Shown piece by piece: positions 1 through 9,016 of a stretch of DNA of 64,000 nt. A program made the position numbers and the translations under genes. The stretch is from an uncultured Chloroflexia bacterium (GTDB taxonomy: Bacteria > Chloroflexota > Dehalococcoidia > DSTF01 > JALHUB01), in the NCBI GenBank assembly GCA_963842845.1, contig CAWJHZ010000007.1, positions 8,342 through 72,341 of the forward strand, read 5' to 3'. Position 1 is the stretch's first letter. The number at the start of each line of letters is the position of its first letter. Below the pieces are notes generated by a model. It was not told where the DNA came from. It searched no databases and saw only the letters and a program-made list of their open reading frames with translations.

Positions 1-174
1 AACTGCATGAGAATGTGCAACTTCGGCGCTATCGGCTACTCTGCCTACGCCAACAAGTGCACGGTAAACCAACTGCAGTGCTACGGCTGCGGCGTATGCA
101 GAGCGATTTGCCACAAGAAATCGATTGTCCTCGGGGACCGAACTGCCAGCCCGATGCTCGTCAACGAATGGTGA
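1..174 (+). CDS. 4Fe-4S ferredoxin-domain protein, C-terminal part (5' truncated by window edge)
   Basis: Frame 1 is open from position 1 and reads CNFGAIGYSAYANKC...CYGCGVCRAIC, i.e. CxxCxxCxxxC-type cluster motifs. It stops at TGA 172-174, overlapping the next start (ATGGTGA). Confidence 0.45.
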   Translation, partial: NCMRMCNFGAIGYSAYANKCTVNQLQCYGCGVCRAICHKKSIVLGDRTASPMLVNEW

Positions 175-494
175 TGCCGGTGATCGATTTGCAGGTCGAC
201 TCCCACAAGTGCGCCTCGCCCGACGAATGCCGCGTCTGCCTCGATCGCTGTCCCCAAAGCGTGTTCCAGATATATCCCGCCAATGGCCGAAGACCCGGCC
301 TCGCCACGACGGAATGGGCTATCCAACCGCTCTTCCTCAGCCTCTGCACCGCCTGCGGGATATGCCGCGACACCTGCCCTCAGCACGCCATCTCCATTGT
401 AGTCACGCAGGGCAGCGTCTCCCGGCCACCCGCCTCTAGAGGGTCGCTGCCCTCGGTGAGGCCGGCACATGGCAGGTCACCAGCTTCAGCCTAG
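168..494 (+). CDS. small dicluster 4Fe-4S ferredoxin-like protein
   Basis: ATG at 168 inside the ORF 15..494. Two Cys motifs, CRVCLDRCP and CTACGICRDTCP. The start overlaps the upstream stop, suggesting translational coupling. Confidence 0.5.
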   Translation: MVMPVIDLQVDSHKCASPDECRVCLDRCPQSVFQIYPANGRRPGLATTEWAIQPLFLSLCTACGICRDTCPQHAISIVVTQGSVSRPPASRGSLPSVRPAHGRSPASA

Positions 495-600
495 TAGACG
501 CGGCATCTGGTCACATGATTCTCAGTAACGCTGGCCTCTTGAGTCTCGCATTCGACCTTGATGTGTTCAAAGGGGCTTGCCCTGCTGAGGCACGGGTGAA

Positions 601-644
601 GGTCAATGCAGCACGCATACGACTAACGCCGAAACTGCTTGACA
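601..644. promoter_or_regulatory. 44-bp palindromic element, copy 1 (GGTCAATGCAG..N23..CTGCTTGACA), putative operator/promoter element upstream of the TSP3-dockerin gene
   Basis: The reverse complement matches copies at 7912-7955 and 11562-11605 with about 4 mismatches. Arms GTCAA(T)GCAG / CTGCTTGAC are inverted repeats. It contains a TTGACA hexamer. Confidence 0.5.
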
Positions 645-907
645 AAACCTTCTGAGAGTGCTAGAAAAACGACGACTGGTGGCCTTTCCCCGCTCAATGA
701 GCTGCGCAAATCGGCTGGCATTGATTGCCAAAGAACCAGCGAGGAGCGCTGTGCGTTTGTGTTTAGGTTCGTGTTCGGTCTGCCGATGGTTATGCGAAGG
801 ATTCTCCTCGTCACCAGTCCCCTTCGTCGGCCCGGCAGATCCCCCAGGCCGTGACCTTGTGGACGGGTCAGGCTGGTGTTGTTTTTCTCTCTGGTAGGAG
901 GAATGTG

Positions 908-3541
908 ATGATAAAGAGAGCCGTTTTCGTGACCGCCATCGGGCTGGTAGCGGTATTGGCAGCCCTCGGCCTGGGTTCGCTGAGTCGCGGCGCGACCCCG
1001 AGCCAAGCAGGCATCGGCATACCGATTCAGCCTTTCGCCCCGGACTGGTCCAACAGCGGAGAGTCCAGCGCTGCACTCGGAGACACCAACACCGGGGGGA
1101 ATGCCATAATAAACCTGGTTGCGCAGGATATCCCCCGCGGTCAGCGTATCGCCGGACCTTTGTTCTTCTCTGACCCAGCTTACCGCGTGCCTCTCGACAT
1201 GGACGGCACCGAGGGGGCGACTGTGGGCGACATCTTCGCCACACTGGACGTCATGTGTGACTCCACGGGTTCAGGCGCTGAGGACACGATGGGCAATGCG
1301 ACCCCGACCGACCCCTGGCCGTGGGTACAAAACACAACGGCAGCGCAAGGAACGATAGACTCCTTCCTCTACGCTGTGGTGCCGCCCTATCCTTGGCTTT
1401 TCCGTGACACTGTCACCGTCACGAAGTTCTGGATCGCCGGTGCCCCGGTCGGCACTAAGGTCGTGCTGAACAGCATTTGGACTTCGGTCCCCTGGTCAGC
1501 CAACGGCGCCGGCGACATCGTATCGACAAGGAACGGCGGCGACGCCCGCGTCTGGAGCGCGGCCACTGACGGTCTCTGCATCGACTCGCCGCAGAGCAGC
1601 GTATCTCACACTTCCACCAACTACGCGCCGCCTCTCTTGGGCGACACGGGCGGGGCTTGCACTGGCGGAAACTGCTCCGACGCGGCCGTCTACGGGCCAA
1701 TCGGCAAGTACACCCAGACCGGTGCTGGAACAGTCTCGGTCAAGGGCGTCTACGTGAATAGAGGACCCGACGCGGGCAACTTCACCGCCCACTGGGACAT
1801 TGAGGCGACAAACCCCAGCGTCGCCGACGCCAACTTCGTCACCGGCGGAACGAAGACCCTGGACCATGCTCAGGCCCTTCCGCTAGCCGTGTCTACCGAT
1901 GACCCGCAGAGCATCGCGATCACCTGTAGCGGCTCCGGCGAAGGGCTCCTCGTGGTCAAGGACGTCCTCTGGCCGGTTGCCCCGACTCAGGACTACTACC
2001 CGGCGGATAACGCCGACACCCTGGTAATCAAGGTCGTCTGCACGGCGGACGCGCCCACGCTCGTCGACCTGTCGGTCACGCAGCTTATCCAGAAGATGGG
2101 AGTTCCCGTGGTTTCGCCTGAGCCGTCCCAGCCCGAGCAGATCAACCTGCTGCAAGGCCAGGCGGCGACAGTTACCCTTCGTGACGTGACTACCAACAAT
2201 GCCACGAGCGTCCAGACCGCCACCGAGTGGCTCGACGCCCAGACATCCGGCGTTCTGACCTCGAGTTGGGGCTCAGCGACGTTGCCCAACGGCGGAAGCC
2301 AGACCAACGCCGGCGCTGGCACTCCCGATGCCAGTACTACAATCGCCGGCATCACCGAGCCTGTAGGCCAGAGCGACCTTACCGCACCTCTGACCGTCAC
2401 CTGCCCAGTTGCGGCGTTGGTGGGCCGCTACTCCGTCGTCGTGAAGGCTATCGTTGCCCCGAGCGCCAACGGAGAGCTGAAGCCCCAGGACAACGCCAAC
2501 CGCCTGGTTATCATGGTCAACTGCTGGACCACCATGCCGGCAGGCGACGGGTACGACGATGGCATGGGCCTGTACCCGCGCTGGACCATCGCTTTCAGCA
2601 ACCCGGACTCCCGTCAGTCGGGCAACCTCTCGTCGGGCACGCCTGAGACCTTGCTCCCGCCTAGCTTCCCGCAGGATGGCAATGGTGACACCAAATTGCA
2701 GCAGCCGATCGGCACCTACGTCGAGCGTTTCTTGCAGAACGGCTGCTACTGGGACGCGCCCGGTGGATGCCAGTTGACGCCCGGTGGCCCGACCACCGGA
2801 CCAGGGTCCTGCGACACCAACCTTGACGGCTACCTGACGCAGGCCGAGACGCAGCAGGACTACCGCCTGGTGGCTCTGGGTGGTATGGCCACCATCGACC
2901 CGAGCGGGGCCTGCCTCGAGCTGCCCCAGTACGCTCAGCCTGGACACCCGGTTGCGCTCCCGCAGACCAGCGCGGGCATGTGCCCGCAGGTACCGTGGGC
3001 AATGGCCGGCGGACCGCTCGCATCCCAGACCACGTACCCTGTGAACGCGGACCACGACTGCGACGGTATTCCGGACGGAGTCGAGGTTTCCTGGGGCTCC
3101 AACCCCTTGGTTGCCGACACGGACGGTGACGGCGCCAGCGACTACGTGGAGATGTTCGACCTCACGAACCCATTGAACCAGGACACCGACGCCGACGGCT
3201 TCCTCGACAAGCCATCCAACGTCTTTGGCGACAACACCGACAAGTCCATGGACAACTGCCCGACCGTCCCGAACGCAGACGGCCTCGGCGGCAACAGCCA
3301 GAAGAACACCGATGGCAAGCACCGCGCTGTCGGCAGCACAATCCCGGCGGGCAAGGCCAGCAACCCGAACAAGGACAAGATCGGCGACGCCTGTGACCCC
3401 GACAACGACAACGATGGGCTCCCGGACGCCGTCGAAGGTGTGATGGGCACGACATCCATAGGCACGGTAGGCGGCTGCAACCCGGCGACAGAATCCGAAC
3501 TGCCTGCCCGCCTACGACACCAACGGCAACCACTGCGTTGA
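908..3541 (+). CDS. large secreted protein with thrombospondin type-3-like Ca-binding repeats (N-terminal segment; likely continues into 3471..4124 after a frameshift)
   Basis: RBS AGGAGG then ATG at 908 (MIKRAVFVTAIGLVAVLAALGLG signal peptide). Repeats of the DTDGDGxxDxxE / DxDADG type near the C-terminal third. The frame ends at 3541 while an adjacent frame is open from 3471 and continues the same repeat style. Confidence 0.6.
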   Translation: MIKRAVFVTAIGLVAVLAALGLGSLSRGATPSQAGIGIPIQPFAPDWSNSGESSAALGDTNTGGNAIINLVAQDIPRGQRIAGPLFFSDPAYRVPLDMDGTEGATVGDIFATLDVMCDSTGSGAEDTMGNATPTDPWPWVQNTTAAQGTIDSFLYAVVPPYPWLFRDTVTVTKFWIAGAPVGTKVVLNSIWTSVPWSANGAGDIVSTRNGGDARVWSAATDGLCIDSPQSSVSHTSTNYAPPLLGDTGGACTGGNCSDAAVYGPIGKYTQTGAGTVSVKGVYVNRGPDAGNFTAHWDIEATNPSVADANFVTGGTKTLDHAQALPLAVSTDDPQSIAITCSGSGEGLLVVKDVLWPVAPTQDYYPADNADTLVIKVVCTADAPTLVDLSVTQLIQKMGVPVVSPEPSQPEQINLLQGQAATVTLRDVTTNNATSVQTATEWLDAQTSGVLTSSWGSATLPNGGSQTNAGAGTPDASTTIAGITEPVGQSDLTAPLTVTCPVAALVGRYSVVVKAIVAPSANGELKPQDNANRLVIMVNCWTTMPAGDGYDDGMGLYPRWTIAFSNPDSRQSGNLSSGTPETLLPPSFPQDGNGDTKLQQPIGTYVERFLQNGCYWDAPGGCQLTPGGPTTGPGSCDTNLDGYLTQAETQQDYRLVALGGMATIDPSGACLELPQYAQPGHPVALPQTSAGMCPQVPWAMAGGPLASQTTYPVNADHDCDGIPDGVEVSWGSNPLVADTDGDGASDYVEMFDLTNPLNQDTDADGFLDKPSNVFGDNTDKSMDNCPTVPNADGLGGNSQKNTDGKHRAVGSTIPAGKASNPNKDKIGDACDPDNDNDGLPDAVEGVMGTTSIGTVGGCNPATESELPARLRHQRQPLR

Positions 3542-3554
3542 TGGGTCCGAAGTC

Positions 3555-4124
3555 TTGCTCGGTGGCAACCCGCTGGGCACGGCCAAGTGCCCCGGTTCGC
3601 TTACCCTGGCCCAGGAGAAGTTCTTCCGTGCCTGTCACTGGAACCTCCCGGCCCTGGGCGCCTATGGTGGCCTATGGGACGCCAAGTACAGCACCAACAC
3701 CGACCGTACGGAGCTTGACCCTGACGACGACGGCGTCGCTTGCCAGACCCCTACCGGCGCTGTTGGAGACAAGGACAACGACAGCGGGCCGAGCGCCCTG
3801 CCCGACGTCCCGGACATCACTGAGATCGAGGGCTACAACACCAACCCGGCCAACAAGGACACGGACGGTGACGGGTGCGAAGACTACGTCCAGATCAACG
3901 ACGTGAACGGAAGCGGCGCTGTCGACACGACTGACCTGCTGATCGTTGCCAAGCGTCTCGGCGGAGCGACTCCGGCGAACAAGATGTCCGACGAGATAAT
4001 CGACGTCAACAAGGACGACACGATCAGCTCGAGCGACCTGCTTCAGGTTGCCAAGAACACCTGCACTGCCAAGGGTAATGCGGGTGGCTGTGGTGCGGCG
4101 GTCTGCAAGAACGCCGTCTACTAG
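3555..4124 (+). CDS. C-terminal segment of the same secreted protein: TSP3-like repeats plus a dockerin-like duplicated Ca-binding segment
   Basis: This frame is open from 3471 (NPNCLPAYDTNGNHCVDG...) without an ATG, so it is probably a continuation. Dockerin-like pair DVNGSGAVDTTDLLIVAKRLGG ... DVNKDDTISSSDLLQVAKN. Ends 4124. Confidence 0.55.
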   Translation: MLGGNPLGTAKCPGSLTLAQEKFFRACHWNLPALGAYGGLWDAKYSTNTDRTELDPDDDGVACQTPTGAVGDKDNDSGPSALPDVPDITEIEGYNTNPANKDTDGDGCEDYVQINDVNGSGAVDTTDLLIVAKRLGGATPANKMSDEIIDVNKDDTISSSDLLQVAKNTCTAKGNAGGCGAAVCKNAVY

Positions 4125-4184
4125 TTTACGGAAAGGCCGTTTCTGAAACGGAGCGGTGGAGCAACGGAATAGACGAGAATCAGT

Positions 4185-4223
4185 ACCGTCCGGGCCAACC
4201 CCCGAAAGGACGGCCCGGACGGT
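4185..4223 (+). terminator. GC-rich hairpin (12-bp stem ACCGTCCGGGCC / GGCCCGGACGGT) followed by a U-rich tract; likely rho-independent terminator
   Basis: Perfect inverted repeat read directly from the sequence, about 60 bp after the stop at 4124, followed by ATGTTGGTGTT. Confidence 0.5.
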
Positions 4224-4931
4224 ATGTTGGTGTTCAGCGCGGTTGTATTGAGTAGGATGAGTAGAAGCCTTCAGAGCGCTAACGGCTGAGCGACGGGCTC
4301 ACGACATCATCATGAGACGCTCTTATGTACAAGGGCCAGGCAATATCCCTCACCAGCGGTAATAGTACTGGTCTCACACCTGCCAGAGCCGCCAGATAGC
4401 TCGAATCAGGATTCGCTTGAGTGCACGTGGCCAGGACACAGTCGGGTCGGCCCAGTCCGCCTGCGCCTGTCCGCCGCGTGGCGTCCCAAAGCGGACGGTG
4501 GCTACCCCTCCCCAAGCATCGGTCGATAAGGGCTTGAGGAGGCCCCTGCCGAGTGCGCAGGCCTCCTCCGAACCCCCGGGGGCTGGACCTCTCCGAACAG
4601 GCGACATCAGCTCTTGACGCTCTCCCGCGGCCAGCTCAGAAGGAAGGCGCGATACGTCCGCACGACGAGGGGGATGGTCACGCCAGCTTCGGGCTTGGGC
4701 CCACGCTGCTGGAGCTGGCGTGAGCGATCTCACTGCTGCTCAAGCCTTGCCTCAATAGGTCCAAGATCTCCATCCTTCCGTCTGACAATCGGCCCTGATC
4801 GCATTGTCTGCGGGAGGGGCCCTCCGCCCAAACGGAAACTCCTGAGATAGCGCGATCCTGGGAATCTTTACATGGCGTGTGACAGTTAGCTCAAGGCGAC
4901 AGAGGTAAGCCCGCTTGAACCCCAGAGTCGG

Positions 4932-6482
4932 CTAGTAGCAGCCTATTTCTTCTTCCGTTACGTCAAGCTGCGCACCTGGAGTTCGCTCGAAGCAGAGCCC
5001 TAGCTGCTGGATGAACTGGTACGGCTCGAGGACGTCCGCAGGCACGTCCTTGACGCTAACGAGCACCCCCTGCCGACGAAGGGCTTCCTGCAGCTTCGCC
5101 ACGTCGAGCTTCTTCGGGCTTACGTTGTTTTGCGCCGCGAGCGCAGCCGCGGTGCCCGCGGCTTGCCCCGTGCAGATGCTGGGTGTGCAGTACCTCAGTC
5201 CGGCCATGGCGAAGGCGCCGCTCGACATCGTCGTTCCGGCCGCCATCAGATTGTCGATCCCCCTCGACAGCAGAGCGCGGTAGGGGACGTCGTGTGGTAC
5301 GATTTCGTACCTGAACCTGCCGGTCGCCTCATAGATGTCCGGCGGCATGTTGTTGATGGCAACGGAGTCCTCGAAGACCTTCCCCTCGCGCATCTCGCTC
5401 ACCGTCATCACGTGCTCACCGACGATCCTGTGACCTATCAGGGTGGGCGACTGCGGCAGCTTCTCGATATAGGAGTTCTCGAAACCAGGCACCTTCTCCT
5501 TGAGGAGTTGGTGCATCGCGAGGGTCTGCTTCCGGAGGTCTATCTCGCAGTCGGTCATCTCCTCCGCCATCCAGCCCGTGCGACCCAGCGGTACGGCGTG
5601 AACTGGATTCATGCAGTACACCTTGCCGGTGCCGTAGAAGTCCCATTCGGGCGAAAGGATGACGGAGCCGCTCTTGATGTCAGACCCCTTGGCCTGCGCT
5701 TCGCCGATAATCTTCCGCCCGCCGTACATTCCACCCCACTCGACCGGGTTCGCCTTCCGGAACTCGCGGAACTTTGCCAGGTCCACACCGTTCATGTAGA
5801 AGGCGTCGAGCATGCCGCCCGGATGTCCTTTGCGAGGCCCGACGGGGAAACCTTCGTCACCGAGGACGGGGGCGCCCGATCTCCACGCAATATCGCCCGT
5901 GCCCGTTACGTCGATGACCACTTTCCCCAGTATGGCTTGCCTGCCTTCCTTCGTCTCGACGATCACACCCTTGAGGGAATCGCCTTCCCGAATCGCGCCA
6001 GCCGCCAGCGTGTGGTAGAGCAGGTTAACTCCCGCTTCCGCCATCATCTGGTCGAGCATGCACTTGTAGTATTCGCCGTCGAAGGTGCGTCCCCAGCGTC
6101 CCCAATAGCCGACGCTCGTCTCTAGCAGGCGCTTCGGCAGCTGGTCAGGACTCTTGCCGTTCATGAAGGGCATCCTGCGGATGGCCTGTTCGGCGGTCGG
6201 TACATTCTCCTCGCTTCGCGAAGCGCCGGCCTTCACGAGACGGTCCAGGATCTCCATGACGATCCCGCCGTGCAAGCCGGGATCAACGAATGCGAAGATG
6301 GAGTTGTTGCCCTGCGTCTGAAGCCCGCCCAGGTTGCCAAATCGGTCTATTAGAATGGTCTGAGCTCCAGTTCGTGCCGAAGCTAATGCTGCTCCAATGC
6401 CCGCCGGCCCCCCGCCGACAACGATCACTTCGGTCTCGGCTAGTACGGGAACCTCTCTCTGCGGTTCTACGATTGTCTTCAA
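4932..6482 (-). CDS. FAD-dependent oxidoreductase
   Basis: N-terminal dinucleotide-binding motif VIVVGGGPAGIGAALASARTGAQTILIDRFGNLGG. 516 aa ORF. Confidence 0.7.
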   Translation of the reverse strand: MKTIVEPQREVPVLAETEVIVVGGGPAGIGAALASARTGAQTILIDRFGNLGGLQTQGNNSIFAFVDPGLHGGIVMEILDRLVKAGASRSEENVPTAEQAIRRMPFMNGKSPDQLPKRLLETSVGYWGRWGRTFDGEYYKCMLDQMMAEAGVNLLYHTLAAGAIREGDSLKGVIVETKEGRQAILGKVVIDVTGTGDIAWRSGAPVLGDEGFPVGPRKGHPGGMLDAFYMNGVDLAKFREFRKANPVEWGGMYGGRKIIGEAQAKGSDIKSGSVILSPEWDFYGTGKVYCMNPVHAVPLGRTGWMAEEMTDCEIDLRKQTLAMHQLLKEKVPGFENSYIEKLPQSPTLIGHRIVGEHVMTVSEMREGKVFEDSVAINNMPPDIYEATGRFRYEIVPHDVPYRALLSRGIDNLMAAGTTMSSGAFAMAGLRYCTPSICTGQAAGTAAALAAQNNVSPKKLDVAKLQEALRRQGVLVSVKDVPADVLEPYQFIQQLGLCFERTPGAQLDVTEEEIGCY

Positions 6483-6500
6483 GGTCCTTCTCCCGTTCGT

Positions 6501-7859
6501 CTATTGCGTCTCACCGGGCAGAGGAGCACCGGGTTGACCTTTTGCCTCTGCGGGGGGCGTCGGAACCGTACAGTTCTTGGTCGACTCAAAGCCGATCGGG
6601 TCGCCGAAGATCTGCCACCGGAAGACAGGCGACGCGCCGGTGCGGTCGACGGTTGCCTTCACGAAAACCTCTGACTCGAGAAAGCGGTGGTCGGTCGGAC
6701 TGGTGCTCGCCGGCAGGAGCGATAGGTCCGTGCCAAAATTACAGACGGACTCGGCCGCCGCAATCAAAGACTGACGGGTGAGATTCTTGCCTGCCTGCTT
6801 GAGGAGGCCCACCATACTTTCTCCCAGCTCGTAGCCCACGAGCGTGCTGTTGTCGAACGGTAGGTCCGGCGCGACCTGGGCCATGATGGCCTTCCGGCTG
6901 GCGACGCCGGGGATGTTCGTCTCCCACGCCTGGTGACCGACAGTGGTGCTAATCACGCCCTCGATATTGTCGAAGCCGGCAAGTTGCGCGGTAATGTCCA
7001 GGGCATTGGCTTCGTTGACCAGCATGGGGACGTTCCAGCTCAGAGTCTGCCGGACCGTCTTCATCATGTTCGCGGCCTGGACCGGGGAGCCCCAGAACAT
7101 GATTACTTCGACGCCGTCGGACTTCAGGCGCTCGACCTGAGCGGTGACGTCCGGCTGCGACACGTCATACCACTCAGTGGTGACATCCATGTTGGCTCCG
7201 AGGTCTTTGAGTCCTTGTCTTGTGCCCTGCTCGCCCTCTTTTCCGAAGTCGTCGTTCTGGGCGAGGATGCCCAGCTTCTTCCCATCGTAGTTCTGGTATA
7301 GATACGTCGCGAAGATGTGGCCTTCTGTCCCGTAGTCGACCATGGTCGTGAAGCGGTTCTTGCCCACCGGGTTGGTCAATTCGCTGGAGCCGCTCAGCGC
7401 GAACATGTCAGGGACACCCTTGTCTTCCAAGTACTTGTAGACAGCGTCTTCGGGCTCGGTACCGAGATTGCCGATGAGGGCAAAGACGCCGTCCTGCTCC
7501 ACCAGCGTCCGGACCACTTCAATGGCGACAGGTCCGGAGTATTGGCTATCACCGACGACAAGATTAATCTTCCGACCGTACATGCCGCCCTGCGTGTTTA
7601 TGTAGTCGAAGTACGCCTGCATGCCTTTGCTGATTTCGATTCCCCAGGCAGCCGTTGGGCTACCGCTCAGGGGCATGAGGGTTCCTAGCGTAATCGCCGT
7701 ATCGGTGACTCCCGTCGTGTCGCCACCGCCTCCCGTGGCGTTGCCGGAGTTGCTCGCATCATCATTGCTCGACCCACAAGAGCCCATGAAGATAGCGAAC
7801 ACCATGAGTGCCGCGGTCAAAAGGACGAGTATGCGCCTGAGTTGTTGTGCTTTCATCAC
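6501..7859 (-). CDS. ABC transporter substrate-binding lipoprotein (branched-chain amino acid / LivK-like periplasmic binding fold)
   Basis: Signal peptide plus lipobox (LMVFAIFMGSCGSS), Gly/Thr-rich linker, and a type-I periplasmic binding protein-like sequence. 452 aa. Confidence 0.6.
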   Translation of the reverse strand: MMKAQQLRRILVLLTAALMVFAIFMGSCGSSNDDASNSGNATGGGGDTTGVTDTAITLGTLMPLSGSPTAAWGIEISKGMQAYFDYINTQGGMYGRKINLVVGDSQYSGPVAIEVVRTLVEQDGVFALIGNLGTEPEDAVYKYLEDKGVPDMFALSGSSELTNPVGKNRFTTMVDYGTEGHIFATYLYQNYDGKKLGILAQNDDFGKEGEQGTRQGLKDLGANMDVTTEWYDVSQPDVTAQVERLKSDGVEVIMFWGSPVQAANMMKTVRQTLSWNVPMLVNEANALDITAQLAGFDNIEGVISTTVGHQAWETNIPGVASRKAIMAQVAPDLPFDNSTLVGYELGESMVGLLKQAGKNLTRQSLIAAAESVCNFGTDLSLLPASTSPTDHRFLESEVFVKATVDRTGASPVFRWQIFGDPIGFESTKNCTVPTPPAEAKGQPGAPLPGETQ

Positions 7860-7911
7860 TACCTCTCGTGGCTCCGGGATCGGAGTCCAGTGTGAATCTG
7901 GCGTCCGCGCC

Positions 7912-7955
7912 TGTCAAGCAGTTTCGGAGTTAGGCGTATGCGTACTGCATTGACC
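7912..7955. promoter_or_regulatory. 44-bp palindromic element, copy 2, 53 bp upstream of the ABC binding-protein gene
   Basis: TGTCAAGCAGTTTCGGAGTTAGGCGTATGCGTACTGCATTGACC. Inverted arms GTCAAGCAG / CTGCATTGAC. Confidence 0.5.
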
Positions 7956-8030
7956 TCTGCAGATCGTAGGGCCACGCTGCCGCGAGGACCTGGTCCTTCA
8001 GGCGGCAGGGTAGCATGCCATCGCATCGGT

Positions 8031-8987
8031 TCAATTTGATGGGTTGCTGCGCGTAAGGCCGGACCAGCGCACGATGTCCAAGCCCTCGTCGCGAGCGGCC
8101 TCGGCCAGTTTCTCCATCTCGCCCTCAGACATCAGATGATCTTGCGCGAGAGCGTAGGGACGGTCGAGGCGATGATACTTGGCGGAGCACGTGTTGTTGA
8201 AAGCGAGAAGGTCATATCGGTCAACCGTGGGCAGGTTGTCGCGGATAAAGGCAGCGACCCGGCGCACGGTTGCTTCGTCGGCAGTATAGCCGGGTATGAT
8301 CGGGGTTCGTATCCACATCGGCTTGCCAGACCGGGACACGCGCCGCGCGTTCTCCAGCACGATGTCCAGCGGCACGCCTGTGTGCGCCCGATGGCGCTCC
8401 TCGTCGAGCACCTTCAGGTCGAACAGAACAAGGTCCGCGAGATCGACGAGCGGCTGAAGACGTCGCCAGCTCGTGCCACCACAGGTGTCTAGCGCCAGGT
8501 GCACCCCCGCCTGCCGCACGACGCTCATTAGACTGTGGCAGAACTCTGTCTGCATCGATGGCTCGCCGCCGGAGAGGGTTACACCGCCGCCAGACGTCTC
8601 GAAGAACACGCGATCGCGCAGGACGATTTCGGCCACGTCCTCGACGCTTCTGCGCTTGCCCAGCACTTCGAGGGCGGCCGACGGGCATGCCTCAACGCAA
8701 TCGCCACAGGCATCGCACAGACCCCTGTCAATAGTCATCCCCTCTCTGGTCAGTGTAAGGGCGTGCGAGGGGCACGCATCGAGGCATTTCCTTGCACCGA
8801 CGCAGTGTGGCCCATACCACACAAGTTGGGGCCGTGTCCCAATTCCCTCGGGGTTATGACACCAGGGACAGCGCATGGGGCAGCCTTTGAGGAAGACCGT
8901 CGTGCGAACGCCGGGGCCATCCTCAGTGGAGTGGCGTTGAATATTGAAGATGTCACCGGTAGGGCCGGCACTCTCGCGGAGCATCAA
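8031..8987 (-). CDS. glycyl-radical enzyme activating enzyme (radical SAM, with extra ferredoxin-like 4Fe-4S clusters)
   Basis: CPMRCPWCHNPE radical-SAM cluster motif near the N-terminus. Additional motifs CxxCxxCxxxCP (CLDACPSHAL, CDACGDCVEACP). Immediately downstream of the GRE gene. Confidence 0.8.
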   Translation of the reverse strand: MMLRESAGPTGDIFNIQRHSTEDGPGVRTTVFLKGCPMRCPWCHNPEGIGTRPQLVWYGPHCVGARKCLDACPSHALTLTREGMTIDRGLCDACGDCVEACPSAALEVLGKRRSVEDVAEIVLRDRVFFETSGGGVTLSGGEPSMQTEFCHSLMSVVRQAGVHLALDTCGGTSWRRLQPLVDLADLVLFDLKVLDEERHRAHTGVPLDIVLENARRVSRSGKPMWIRTPIIPGYTADEATVRRVAAFIRDNLPTVDRYDLLAFNNTCSAKYHRLDRPYALAQDHLMSEGEMEKLAEAARDEGLDIVRWSGLTRSNPSN

Positions 8988-9016
8988 ATCAAAGCCTGCG
9001 CCTGAGTCTCGAGATC

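Noticed and set aside
603-1244. 213-aa minus-strand ORF overlapping the start of the TSP3 gene
   Set aside because: It runs antisense to a gene with signal peptide and RBS. Its C-terminus is merely the reverse translation of the palindromic element (CVLH ending also seen at 7953).
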